DNA of 32,000 bases from Candidatus Karelsulcia muelleri (GCF_003214255.1 NZ_CP029011.1:240001-272000); one strand, 5' to 3'. Shown: positions 9,378 through 18,015, numbered from the stretch's first letter. The notes: generated by a model from the sequence alone, not told the origin. Numbers and translations are program-made.

Positions 9378-10049
9378 ATGGCAAAATATATAGGACCAAA
9401 AAATAAAATTGCCCGTAAATTTGAATTGGGAGAATCAATTTATTTAAAAGAAAAGAATAATTTTGAAAATAAAAAAACTTTCGATGGACAGTATGTAAAT
9501 CCTCGTAGTGGAAAAAATCGTAAAATAATTAAAAAACTAAATAAAAAACTAAATAAAAAACTAAATAAAAAAAAATCATTTTATTTTATTCAATTGTTAG
9601 AAAAACAAAAAGTAAAATATACTTATGGAATTTTAGAAAAACAATTTAGAAAAATGTTTGAGAAAGCTTCAAAAAAAAAGGGAAGAAAAGGGGAAATACT
9701 TTTACAATTATGTGAATCTAGATTAGATAATATTGTTTATAGATTAAAATTATCACATACTAGACCGGAAGCCAGACAATTAGTATCACATCGGCATATT
9801 ACTGTTAATGGAAAAATTGTAAATATTCCTTCTTATAATTTGAAACCAGGAGATAAAATTTCTTTAATAGAAAAATATAAAAAACAAAAAGCAATTCTTT
9901 TGGAGAAAAAAAGATTAGTTGGAAAGGTAACAACTTGGTTAAGTTGGGATAATGAAAATTTTATAGGGATATTAAAATCAATACCAAGAAGAGAACAAAT
10001 TCCTGAAATGATTAATGAAAATTTAATAGTGGAATTATATTCTAAATAA
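9378..10049 (+). CDS. rpsD: 30S ribosomal protein S4
   Basis: MAKYIGPK.KIARKF, QL.EKQK.KYTYG.LEKQFR, RLDN.VYRL......R.EARQLVSH.HI.VNG..VNIPSY..KPGD. Contains a (KKLN)3 insertion. Confidence 0.95.
   Translation: MAKYIGPKNKIARKFELGESIYLKEKNNFENKKTFDGQYVNPRSGKNRKIIKKLNKKLNKKLNKKKSFYFIQLLEKQKVKYTYGILEKQFRKMFEKASKKKGRKGEILLQLCESRLDNIVYRLKLSHTRPEARQLVSHRHITVNGKIVNIPSYNLKPGDKISLIEKYKKQKAILLEKKRLVGKVTTWLSWDNENFIGILKSIPRREQIPEMINENLIVELYSK
9531..9566 (+). repeat. Perfect 12-bp x 3 in-frame tandem repeat (AAAAAACTAAAT) inside rpsD
   Basis: The units are 9531..9542, 9543..9554 and 9555..9566, all identical. It encodes (KKLN)3 within an N-terminal insertion of S4. Confidence 0.95.
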
Positions 10050-10059
10050 TATAAATAAT

Positions 10060-11121
10060 ATGTTTTTTTTAAAGTTTACAAAAAAGGAAAATTTAAGAGT
10101 ATTAAAATTAACAAATTACGAAGGACATTTTAAAATAGAACCGTTATATCCTGGTTGGGGAGTAACAATTGGAAATACACTTCGAAGAGTCCTTTTATCT
10201 TCTTTAGAAGGATATGCAATTTACTCAGTTAAAATTGAAGGAGTAGATCATGAATTTGCTACAATAAAAGGTGTAAAAGAAGATATGACAGAAATTATTT
10301 TAAATTTGAAAAAAATACGTTTTAAAAAAAAAATTGAAGATGAACAGGACCCGGGAGAAAAATTTAATATTATTATCAAGAATGAAAAAGAAGAAATAAC
10401 GGCTGGAGATTTAGGGGAATATATTCATTTATTTGAAATAATAAATCCTGATTTAATTATTTTAAATAAAAATAAATTTATTTCTTTAAATATTACTATT
10501 GTAATAAAAAAAGGAATTGGTTATGTACCTTCAGATTCAGATTCAGATTCAGATTCAGATTCAGAAGAAAATGAAAAACACATTAATACTAATGGAACCA
10601 TATCAATGGATTCTATTTTTACTCCTATAAAAAAAGTAAAATACACAATTGAAAACTGTAGTGTAAGTAAAAATTCAACTTATGAAAGGCTTTTTTTCGA
10701 AATAAAAACAGATGGAACTATAAATCCTAAAGATGCATTAATAAAAGCATCTAATCTGGTAATAAGACATTTTAAATTATTATCTAATAAAAAAATTAGT
10801 TTAAATTATAACAAAAAATATAAAAAGAAAAAACAAACTAATGAAAATTATTTAAAATTGCGGAATCTTTTGAATTCTTCCTTAGAAAGAAAAAATTTAT
10901 CAGTAAGAACTTTAAATTGTTTAAAAAAGGCTAAAATTTTGACATGGGGAGATTTAATTAAGTCTAATCCAACTAATTTTAAATATTTGGGAAAAAAATC
11001 TTTAGAGGAGTTAGATTTAATAATGAAAAAATTAACCATTTATTATGGAATGAATCTTGAGGATTATAATAAAAATAAAAATAAAAATAAAAATAAAAAT
11101 AAAAATAAGAAAAATATATGA
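10060..11121 (+). CDS. rpoA: DNA-directed RNA polymerase subunit alpha
   Basis: N-terminal domain [42 protein letters not shown]-terminal domain [16 protein letters not shown]...GDL. Carries SD and NK repeat insertions. Confidence 0.9.
   Translation: MFFLKFTKKENLRVLKLTNYEGHFKIEPLYPGWGVTIGNTLRRVLLSSLEGYAIYSVKIEGVDHEFATIKGVKEDMTEIILNLKKIRFKKKIEDEQDPGEKFNIIIKNEKEEITAGDLGEYIHLFEIINPDLIILNKNKFISLNITIVIKKGIGYVPSDSDSDSDSDSEENEKHINTNGTISMDSIFTPIKKVKYTIENCSVSKNSTYERLFFEIKTDGTINPKDALIKASNLVIRHFKLLSNKKISLNYNKKYKKKKQTNENYLKLRNLLNSSLERKNLSVRTLNCLKKAKILTWGDLIKSNPTNFKYLGKKSLEELDLIMKKLTIYYGMNLEDYNKNKNKNKNKNKNKKNI
10531..10566 (+). repeat. In-frame hexanucleotide repeat (TCAGAT) x 5 plus TCAGAA inside rpoA
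   Basis: Read directly. It encodes [12 protein letters not shown] within the alpha N-terminal domain. Confidence 0.95.
11068..11109 (+). repeat. In-frame hexanucleotide repeat (AATAAA) x 6 plus AATAAG at the rpoA 3' end
   Basis: T recurs every 6 nt from 11070 to 11106. It encodes (NK)7 immediately before the rpoA stop / rplQ start overlap. Confidence 0.95.
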
Positions 11122-11486
11122 AACACGGAAAAAAATTTAATCATTTAGGAGTAAAAAGTTCACATCGGAAATCAATGTTATCTAATTTAGCTTCTTCTCT
11201 TATAAAAAAAAAAAGAATTCTGACTACTTTAGCAAAAGCTAAAGCATTAAAAAAATATATTGAGCCTTTAATTACAAAAAGTAAAAAAAATACTACTCAT
11301 TCTAGAAGAATAATTTTTAAATATTTAAAAAATAAACATTCTGTAAAAGAACTTTTTGAAAAAATATCATTAAAAATTTATAATCGTCCTGGAGGATATA
11401 CAAGAATTATAAAAACGGGATTTCGTTTAGGAGATTCTGCAGAATCTTCATTTATTGAATTAGTTGATTTTAATCAAAATTTTTAA
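11118..11486 (+). CDS. rplQ: 50S ribosomal protein L17
   Basis: M.HGKK.NHLG...SHRK.ML.NLA.SLI...RI.TT.AKAKAL....EPLITK.K, PGGYTRI.K...R.GD.A....IELV. Confidence 0.95.
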   Translation: MKHGKKFNHLGVKSSHRKSMLSNLASSLIKKKRILTTLAKAKALKKYIEPLITKSKKNTTHSRRIIFKYLKNKHSVKELFEKISLKIYNRPGGYTRIIKTGFRLGDSAESSFIELVDFNQNF

Positions 11487-12268
11487 TTTATTTTTATTAC
11501 TCCTTTATAAACAAAATTGACTTCTCCTTTTAAAAAAATTCTTTTATAAGATTGAAGAAGAGTATCAAACTTAACTTGTAAAAGTCCACCCCGGGTTTTT
11601 ACTAAAATTTTTTTAAAAAAAATTTTGTTTTTATGATATGCTGCAATTACAGAAGCTGTTACTCCTGTTCCACAGGAGAAAGTTTCATTTTCTACTCCTC
11701 TTTCATATGTTCTAACATAGAAAATATGTTTATTAATTTGAACAAAATTAACATTTACTCCTGTTTTTAAGTATTTTTTACTACTTTGTAGTTTTCTACC
11801 TTTTTTTTTTATATTTATATTTTCTATTTTTTTAATAAAAATAATATGATGTGGAGATCCTGTATTTAAAAATATATATTTTTTATCTACTTCTACTGTT
11901 AGAAATTCTACATTTGTCATATTTATTGACACAATATTTTTATTTATTGTTGCATAATGATATCCATCTATTGTTTTAAATAATGTATTCTTCTTATGAA
12001 GAACACCAATTTTTTTTGCAAAATGAACCGAACATCTTCCTCCATTTCCACACATACTTCCTTCCTTTCCATCTGAATTATAATATTTCATATAAAAATC
12101 ATAATTTTTGATTTTTTCAATTAAAATTAATCCATCAGCACCAATTCCTAAATTTCTATTACACAATCTTTGTATTATTTTTTCTTTTAAAGAAAATTGT
12201 TTGCAAAGATTATTAATTATAATAAAATCATTTCCTGTTGCTTGATATTTAAAAAAAAAAATTTTCAT
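11483..12268 (-). CDS. dapF: Diaminopimelate epimerase
   Basis: [11 protein letters not shown] at the N-terminus and both catalytic Cys motifs ([17 protein letters not shown] and [11 protein letters not shown]). The stop overlaps the rplQ stop by 4 nt (convergent). Confidence 0.9.
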   Translation of the reverse strand: MKIFFFKYQATGNDFIIINNLCKQFSLKEKIIQRLCNRNLGIGADGLILIEKIKNYDFYMKYYNSDGKEGSMCGNGGRCSVHFAKKIGVLHKKNTLFKTIDGYHYATINKNIVSINMTNVEFLTVEVDKKYIFLNTGSPHHIIFIKKIENINIKKKGRKLQSSKKYLKTGVNVNFVQINKHIFYVRTYERGVENETFSCGTGVTASVIAAYHKNKIFFKKILVKTRGGLLQVKFDTLLQSYKRIFLKGEVNFVYKGVIKIN

Positions 12269-12341
12269 ATTTTAACTTATATTATATATATATTATATTA
12301 AATAAAATATTATTATTATATTAAATATAAATTATATTAAA

Positions 12342-13256
12342 ATGTCTGCATTTCATAATCCTGTCTTATTGGAAGAAACATTAGCTCTATTAGTTAAAGA
12401 AATTGATGGAATTTATATAGACTCCACTTTTGGTGGGGGGGGGCATTCTTTTTCATTTTTAAAAAAAATAAGTAATAAAGGTAAGCTAATTGCTTTGGAT
12501 CAAGATATAGATTCTATAAAGAATAATAATATCTTTGATGCAAGATTTAATCTTGTTAAAGATAATTTTAGATTTTTAAAAATCATTTTAAAAAAAAAAA
12601 ATATTAATTATGTATCGGGAATATTAGCAGATTTAGGAATTTCTTCTCATCAGATAAATACTCCCAACAGAGGGTTTTCAATTAGATATGATAGTCTTTT
12701 AGATATGAGAATGGATCATTATAAAAAAAAAAATGCAAAATTTATAATAAATAATTATTCATATAAAAAATTATATAATATTTTAATTAAATATGGAGAA
12801 GTAAAAAATGCAAAAAAAATAGCAAACATTATTTTAAAACAAAGAAAAAAAAAAATTATAAACAAAACTTTTGAACTAAAAAATCTTTTAGCTTGTTTTT
12901 TTAAAACAAAATTAAAAAATAAATTTTTCTCAAAAATATTTCAATCTCTTAGAATAGAAGTAAATGATGAAATCAATGCATTAAAAGATTTATTAAATAA
13001 TTCATTATCTATATTAAAACCTGGAGGGAGAATTGCAATTATTTCTTATCATTCTTTAGAAGATAGAATTGTAAAAAATTTTTTTAAAACTGGAAATTTT
13101 CATGGAGTAGGTCAATATGATTTATATGGCAATAATCTATCTCCTTTAATTCTTTTAGAACCTAGAGTAATTTTTACCTCTAAAAAAGAAAGAAAACAAA
13201 ATAATAGATCAAGAAGTGCTAGATTAAGAATAGCAGAAAAAAAATTTAACTTATAA
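12342..13256 (+). CDS. rsmH: 16S rRNA (cytosine1402-N4)-methyltransferase RsmH/MraW
   Basis: H.PVLL.E....L......IYIDSTFGGGGHS, DLG.SS.Q.....RGFS......LDMRMD, ISYHSLEDRIVKN.F, NNRSRSA.LR.AEK. Confidence 0.9.
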   Translation: MSAFHNPVLLEETLALLVKEIDGIYIDSTFGGGGHSFSFLKKISNKGKLIALDQDIDSIKNNNIFDARFNLVKDNFRFLKIILKKKNINYVSGILADLGISSHQINTPNRGFSIRYDSLLDMRMDHYKKKNAKFIINNYSYKKLYNILIKYGEVKNAKKIANIILKQRKKKIINKTFELKNLLACFFKTKLKNKFFSKIFQSLRIEVNDEINALKDLLNNSLSILKPGGRIAIISYHSLEDRIVKNFFKTGNFHGVGQYDLYGNNLSPLILLEPRVIFTSKKERKQNNRSRSARLRIAEKKFNL

Positions 13257-13587
13257 AGTAGACTATAAGCCGGATTCTGTTTTTTTTATCATTTATCTGG
13301 GATAAAAGTTACCTTTTATCTCTATCTGCCTACCCCCCGAATTAATAGTGAAAGGGAATCCTACACTTTTTTAAATTCAAGTATCCGGTATACATGGCAT
13401 TTCACAACACAGAGTTTACACAATTTCACTACAGCCTTACTGTACTTTTTTTCTGTTGCACTATTCCTCATCTCACGATGGACGGGTATTACCCAATGTG
13501 TTACCCTAATGGTGTCCGGACTTTCCTCATTAAAAAAAGTTTTTTTATTTTATTTTCTTTTATTTGAACGCGATAAAATTGTCTACT
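13257..13587 (-). ncRNA. rnpB: RNase P RNA, bacterial type A (about 331 nt)
   Basis: Reverse complement contains GAGGAAAGUCCGGAC (P4 5' strand; complement of about 13514..13528). It also contains GUGCAACAGAAA, GGGGGUAGGC and AGAUAAAUGA. It ends in ACAGAAUCCGGCUUAUAGUCUACU (P4 3' strand plus P1). The 5' AGUAGAC (complement of 13581..13587) pairs with the 3' GUCUACU (complement of 13257..13263) to form P1. It is a visibly GC-richer island with no long ORF. Confidence 0.88.
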
Positions 13588-13606
13588 TTTTTTTAAATTT
13601 TATTTT

Positions 13607-14986
13607 CTAATAATGAAAATTTATATTTAAATTATATAATTTCTTTTTAACAGAAGAAATTATTGATTTATCAATACAAAATATCGATCCTGTAATAAAT
13701 TTGTTTGAATTTTTAATTAAAAAAAGTATGTTTTTCCAATTAGACTCTTCATATAGAAAAATTGTTATTACCGGTGAATAAATTTCCTCAAAAAAATAAT
13801 AGGGATTATTAGTTTCTATTACTGTTGGAGTAATAAAAAAACCTTTTGAACTATCACATTTTCCCCCAATAATAATATTACTCTTCTTATCAGAAGAAGA
13901 TTTTTCTATATAAAGTTTTATTTTTAAAAAACTAATTTTATCAATTACAGATGTAATAAAATTTGAAAAATTTCTAGGACTTCCTATTTTCAGGGAAAGA
14001 ATTTTTTCTATTAAAATTTTTTTTAATTTATTTTTCCATAATTTTTTTGGAATATAAGCTATAGATATAGAAGAACTTTTTTGGCCTTGATATTCAAAAG
14101 CTCCAGCTAAAATTGCTGTAGATACTTTTTTGCTATTATAACTAGAATGGACCAAAAGAAAATTTTTTCCTATTGTTTTCCCTAAAAACATAGGATATGT
14201 TTTATATTTAAAAATATATTTTTTTATTTTATTTAAAATTATTTTATAATCCTTTATAGGACCTTTAAAAGTTACTCCCCCAAAATTTGTATGGGTTAAT
14301 CCAACATTTGTTATTTTTTTTATATTTATTAATAATAAATTAATTATTCCATCTGGAATACCAGCAATTTGAAAGATTTCCATTAAAACATTTGCTGTTA
14401 ACAATTGCATTTCAGATGGTTTCCATAACACAACATTTCCCATAATTACAATCCAATATGGGATTTCTACAAAAGAAAAATTAAATTGTGTAATTGCAAC
14501 AACAAATCCTTTATAATTTAAAGGAATTAAATTTTTTTTTTTATATATTTTTTTTGCAAAATCTATATGATTTTTTAAATCATCTCTTAATTTGCAAGAT
14601 GAATCTCTTTCAGATTGAAATATATTTTTCGATTGACCAATCATTGTAGCTGCATTAAGTTTATCTCTATATGGACCAGAAATTAAATCTACTACTTTTA
14701 AAAAGATAGAAATTCTTTCTTTAAAAGAAAGATTTAACCAATCTTTTTGGACTGATAAAGAGTAATTAATTGCATTAATTATATCTTTTTCTGAGCCTTC
14801 ATGCCAATATCCTATAATTTTTTTATTATCATGTGGAGGATATATAGAATGTTTAATTCCACTAAAAAGTTTTTCATTTCCAATGAATTGAGGAATATCT
14901 ATTTGAGAATTAAACATTTCATCATAAATTTTTTTTAACTCTATTATAGAAAAAATCTTCTTTTTATAATTATAAGAATGTTTCAT
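13607..14986 (-). CDS. Aldehyde dehydrogenase superfamily protein, 1-pyrroline-5-carboxylate dehydrogenase-like; catalytic residues replaced and C-terminally truncated (possibly non-catalytic or a young pseudogene)
   Basis: ALDH motifs are recognisable: GNVVLWKPSE, ITQFNF, FEYQGQK-S-SSISIAYIPK, EEIYSPV. However, the nucleophile Cys is Ser, the general-base Glu is Lys (LGKTIGKNF), and FTGS reads FKGPI. The ORF ends before the PFGG.K.SG region. The start ATG overlaps the mutL stop (ATGA). Confidence 0.7.
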   Translation of the reverse strand: MKHSYNYKKKIFSIIELKKIYDEMFNSQIDIPQFIGNEKLFSGIKHSIYPPHDNKKIIGYWHEGSEKDIINAINYSLSVQKDWLNLSFKERISIFLKVVDLISGPYRDKLNAATMIGQSKNIFQSERDSSCKLRDDLKNHIDFAKKIYKKKNLIPLNYKGFVVAITQFNFSFVEIPYWIVIMGNVVLWKPSEMQLLTANVLMEIFQIAGIPDGIINLLLINIKKITNVGLTHTNFGGVTFKGPIKDYKIILNKIKKYIFKYKTYPMFLGKTIGKNFLLVHSSYNSKKVSTAILAGAFEYQGQKSSSISIAYIPKKLWKNKLKKILIEKILSLKIGSPRNFSNFITSVIDKISFLKIKLYIEKSSSDKKSNIIIGGKCDSSKGFFITPTVIETNNPYYFFEEIYSPVITIFLYEESNWKNILFLIKNSNKFITGSIFCIDKSIISSVKKKLYNLNINFHY

Positions 14987-16623
14987 TTAATGAATAATTT
15001 TTTCATTTTTTCTTTAGAAACATTCAAAAGAATTTTTTCCCCAAAAGGAGAATAATAAGGATTGTTAGAAACAAATAATTTTTTTATTAATCCTTTTATT
15101 TCTAAATTAGAAATTTTTTTTCCCTTTTTTAGAGCAAAATATTTACATATATATTTATATATAATATTTTTTTTATTCATCATTTTTTCATTTTCAAAAA
15201 TTTTTTCTATAATCTTAGTTAGATTAGTTTTTTTTATTCCAAGAGAGAAAGATTGTACTAATATTTTTTTTTTTAAAACAAAAATTTTAAATCCTAAATA
15301 ATTTAATTTAGATAATATTTTTTTTAAAAAAGATTTTTTATCTATTTTTAGATTTTTAGATTTTTTTTTATAAAAAAAATCATATAAAATTCTTTGATGA
15401 GCACGATTTTGATCTACTAATAAAAGTCCAGATTTTATTACCCCTAATAAATAGCTATTATAAATTTGAATCCATTTATATAAGTGTATTTTGGTTTCAT
15501 TTTTATAAAATGATTGGTTTTTAAACAAATTTTTAATTTGTTTATATTTTTTGTTAAAAACCTTTAAATCACTTTTTTCTGTTAACGGAAAAAAATATTT
15601 ATTATTATAATAATAATTATAAATATTATTGATTCCTAAAGATTCTTTAATAGTCGAACTAATATTATTACATAACTCAATTTCATATTCATAATCATAA
15701 AAAAAATTTACTTTTGTTTTAGAAGGATTAATATTAATATTAAATTTATTATAATCCATACTTAAAAAGATAAAATAAGAAGGATTTTCTTTTTTATTTA
15801 AAATTCCTTCATAAGAAGCTATTATAGCATTATGTATATTTTTATTTGTTATATAACGTTTATTTAAAAATAAATATTGTCCTAACTTTTTATTATAGTT
15901 AGGGTGGGTTATATAACCTTTTATTTTTACTAACTTAGTAGTTTTTTTTATTTTAATTAATTTGTTTTTTAATTTTTCACCATAGATTTGAATTATCCGT
16001 TCTTTATAAGAAGATTTATTTAAATTAAATAATAATTTTTTATTATTTTCTAAATAAAAATTAATTTCTTTATGACTTAAAACAATTTTATAAAATTCAT
16101 TAATAATGTTTTTTAATTCTAAATTAGATGATTTTAAATTTTTTCTTTTAGCAGGAATATTATAAAATATATTTTTTATACAAATGCTACATCCTTTATT
16201 CATTGCAATTGGTAATGGTTTATATTTTAATTCTCCATTTTCTATAATAAGCCTTATTCCTAAATCTGAAGTTTTCTCTCTTGTCTCAAGTTCAATCTGT
16301 GTTACCGAAGAGATATAAGATAAAGCTTCCCCTCTAAAGCCTTTAGTTGAAATCTTCAAAAGATCTTCTATTTTAGTTAATTTGGAAGTTGAATATCTCT
16401 CAAAACTTTTAATAGCATCATTTTGACTCATTCCTATTCCATCATCTATAATATGTATTCTATTTTTTCCTCCATTTGTTAAAATGATTTTAATATTTTT
16501 TGCATCTGCATCTATAGAATTTTCTAAAATTTCTTTTAAAATTGAGGCTGGATTCTGGATTACATCTCCAGATGCTATTTGATTTGATACATTTTTTGAT
16601 AATAATTTTATTACATCAGTCAT
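14983..16623 (-). CDS. mutL: DNA mismatch repair protein MutL (ATPase domain intact, C-terminal endonuclease motifs degenerate)
   Basis: GHKL ATPase motifs are present: LKEILENSIDA, IIDDGIGM, KGFRGEALSYISSV. The C-terminal domain reads VDQNRAHQRILYD and NPYYSPFGEK where DQHA..E....E and CPHGRP are expected. Confidence 0.88.
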   Translation of the reverse strand: MTDVIKLLSKNVSNQIASGDVIQNPASILKEILENSIDADAKNIKIILTNGGKNRIHIIDDGIGMSQNDAIKSFERYSTSKLTKIEDLLKISTKGFRGEALSYISSVTQIELETREKTSDLGIRLIIENGELKYKPLPIAMNKGCSICIKNIFYNIPAKRKNLKSSNLELKNIINEFYKIVLSHKEINFYLENNKKLLFNLNKSSYKERIIQIYGEKLKNKLIKIKKTTKLVKIKGYITHPNYNKKLGQYLFLNKRYITNKNIHNAIIASYEGILNKKENPSYFIFLSMDYNKFNININPSKTKVNFFYDYEYEIELCNNISSTIKESLGINNIYNYYYNNKYFFPLTEKSDLKVFNKKYKQIKNLFKNQSFYKNETKIHLYKWIQIYNSYLLGVIKSGLLLVDQNRAHQRILYDFFYKKKSKNLKIDKKSFLKKILSKLNYLGFKIFVLKKKILVQSFSLGIKKTNLTKIIEKIFENEKMMNKKNIIYKYICKYFALKKGKKISNLEIKGLIKKLFVSNNPYYSPFGEKILLNVSKEKMKKLFIK

Positions 16624-16670
16624 TTGATGACAAATTTCTTATAATATATATATATTTTTATTTAAAAATT

Positions 16671-18005
16671 GTGAAACTCTGGCAAAAAAATTTTGAAATT
16701 AATAAAAAAATAGATCTATTTACAGTAGGAAAAGATAGAAATTTAGATTTATTTTTAGCACCTCATGATATTATCGGCACATTAGCACATATAATAATGT
16801 TAGAAACAATAGGTTTATTAAACATTAACGAATTAAATTCTTTAATAAAAGAATTACATAGTATTTATGAAATAATAAAATCAGGAAAATTTAAAATAGA
16901 TGAAAATATAGAAGATATCCATTCTCAAATAGAATTCATGTTAACTAACAGTTTAGGAGAACTAGGAAAAAAAATCCATAGTGGGAGATCTAGAAATGAT
17001 CAAGTTTTATTAGATATAAAATTATTTATACGAAAAGAAATACAAGAAATAGTGTTTTTAATTCAAGATTTATTCAATGTTTTAATTTATTTAAGTAATC
17101 GATATAAAAATATTTTAATTCCTGGTTATACACATTATCAAATAGCTATGCCTTCATCATTTGGATTATGGTTTGCATCTTATTCAGAAAGTCTTATAGA
17201 TGATATAATTTTCTTAAAAAGTGCATATAAAATTTCGAATAAAAATCCTTTAGGTTCAGCAGCTGGATTTGGCTCCTCTTTTCCATTAAATAGAAACCTG
17301 ACAACGGATCTTTTAGGATTTGAAGATTTAAATTATAATGTTGTCTATGCACAAATGTGTAGAGGAAAAACCGAACGTATAGTTTCACAAGCTCTTTCAT
17401 CATTAGCTCATACTATGAGTAAAATTTCTCAAGATATCTGTTTATATATGAGTCAAAATTTTAATTTTTTATCTTTACCTGATAATTTAACTACAGGATC
17501 TAGTATAATGCCACACAAAAAAAATCCAGATGTATTTGAATTAATAAGGTCTAGATGTAATAAAATTATTTCTTTACCTAATCAAATCTCAATTATTACA
17601 ACGAATCTCCCTTCAGGATATCATCGAGATTTTCAAACTATTAAAGAAATTTTTTTACCAGTATTTGAGGAAATAAAAACCATATTATTAATTTATGTAG
17701 AAATGCTGAAAAAGCTTATTATAAAGAAAAATATTTTAAATAATAAAAAATATAACTATTTGTTTAGTGTAGAAGTAGTTAATTCTTTAGTTAAAGATGG
17801 TTTTTCATTTAGAGAAGCATATAAAAAAGTTGGGTTAGATATCCAAAAAGGATTTTTTTCCCCAATTACTGATATAAAACATTCCCATGAAGGGAGTATA
17901 GGTAATTTATGTAATAACAAACTTAAATTTATAATGAAAAAATTAATTCAAAGTTTTCACTTTGAAAAAGTGAATAAAGCCATTAATAATTTATTAATGA
18001 AATGA
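16671..18005 (+). CDS. argH: Argininosuccinate lyase
   Basis: GTG at 16671 gives (M)KLWQKNF...IDLFTVGKDR.LDL.LAP.DIIG..AH..ML, the usual ArgH N-terminus. The signature GSSIMPHKKNPD is present. The TTG-initiated extension back to 16542 overlaps mutL and is not homologous to ArgH. Confidence 0.9.
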   Translation: MKLWQKNFEINKKIDLFTVGKDRNLDLFLAPHDIIGTLAHIIMLETIGLLNINELNSLIKELHSIYEIIKSGKFKIDENIEDIHSQIEFMLTNSLGELGKKIHSGRSRNDQVLLDIKLFIRKEIQEIVFLIQDLFNVLIYLSNRYKNILIPGYTHYQIAMPSSFGLWFASYSESLIDDIIFLKSAYKISNKNPLGSAAGFGSSFPLNRNLTTDLLGFEDLNYNVVYAQMCRGKTERIVSQALSSLAHTMSKISQDICLYMSQNFNFLSLPDNLTTGSSIMPHKKNPDVFELIRSRCNKIISLPNQISIITTNLPSGYHRDFQTIKEIFLPVFEEIKTILLIYVEMLKKLIIKKNILNNKKYNYLFSVEVVNSLVKDGFSFREAYKKVGLDIQKGFFSPITDIKHSHEGSIGNLCNNKLKFIMKKLIQSFHFEKVNKAINNLLMK

Positions 18006-18015
18006 TAATCTCATT

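Noticed and set aside
10848-11039. 63-aa minus-strand ORF antisense to the rpoA C-terminal domain
   Set aside because: It is antisense to a conserved domain with no motif, so it is a shadow ORF.
12293-12341. Three copies of TTATATTAAA (12293, 12316, 12332) in the divergent dapF/rsmH spacer, considered as operator or promoter elements
   Set aside because: The spacer is pure A/T low-complexity sequence in which 10-mers of this type recur by chance. The spacing is irregular (23 and 16 bp). I cannot distinguish it from composition noise without comparative data.
15062-15301. 79-aa plus-strand ORF antisense to mutL
   Set aside because: It is the poly-F/I translation of the complement of a lysine-rich gene, which is typical AT-rich shadow-frame behaviour.
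17194-17403. 69-aa minus-strand ORF antisense to argH
   Set aside because: It lies inside a conserved fumarase/lyase-family gene and has no independent signal.
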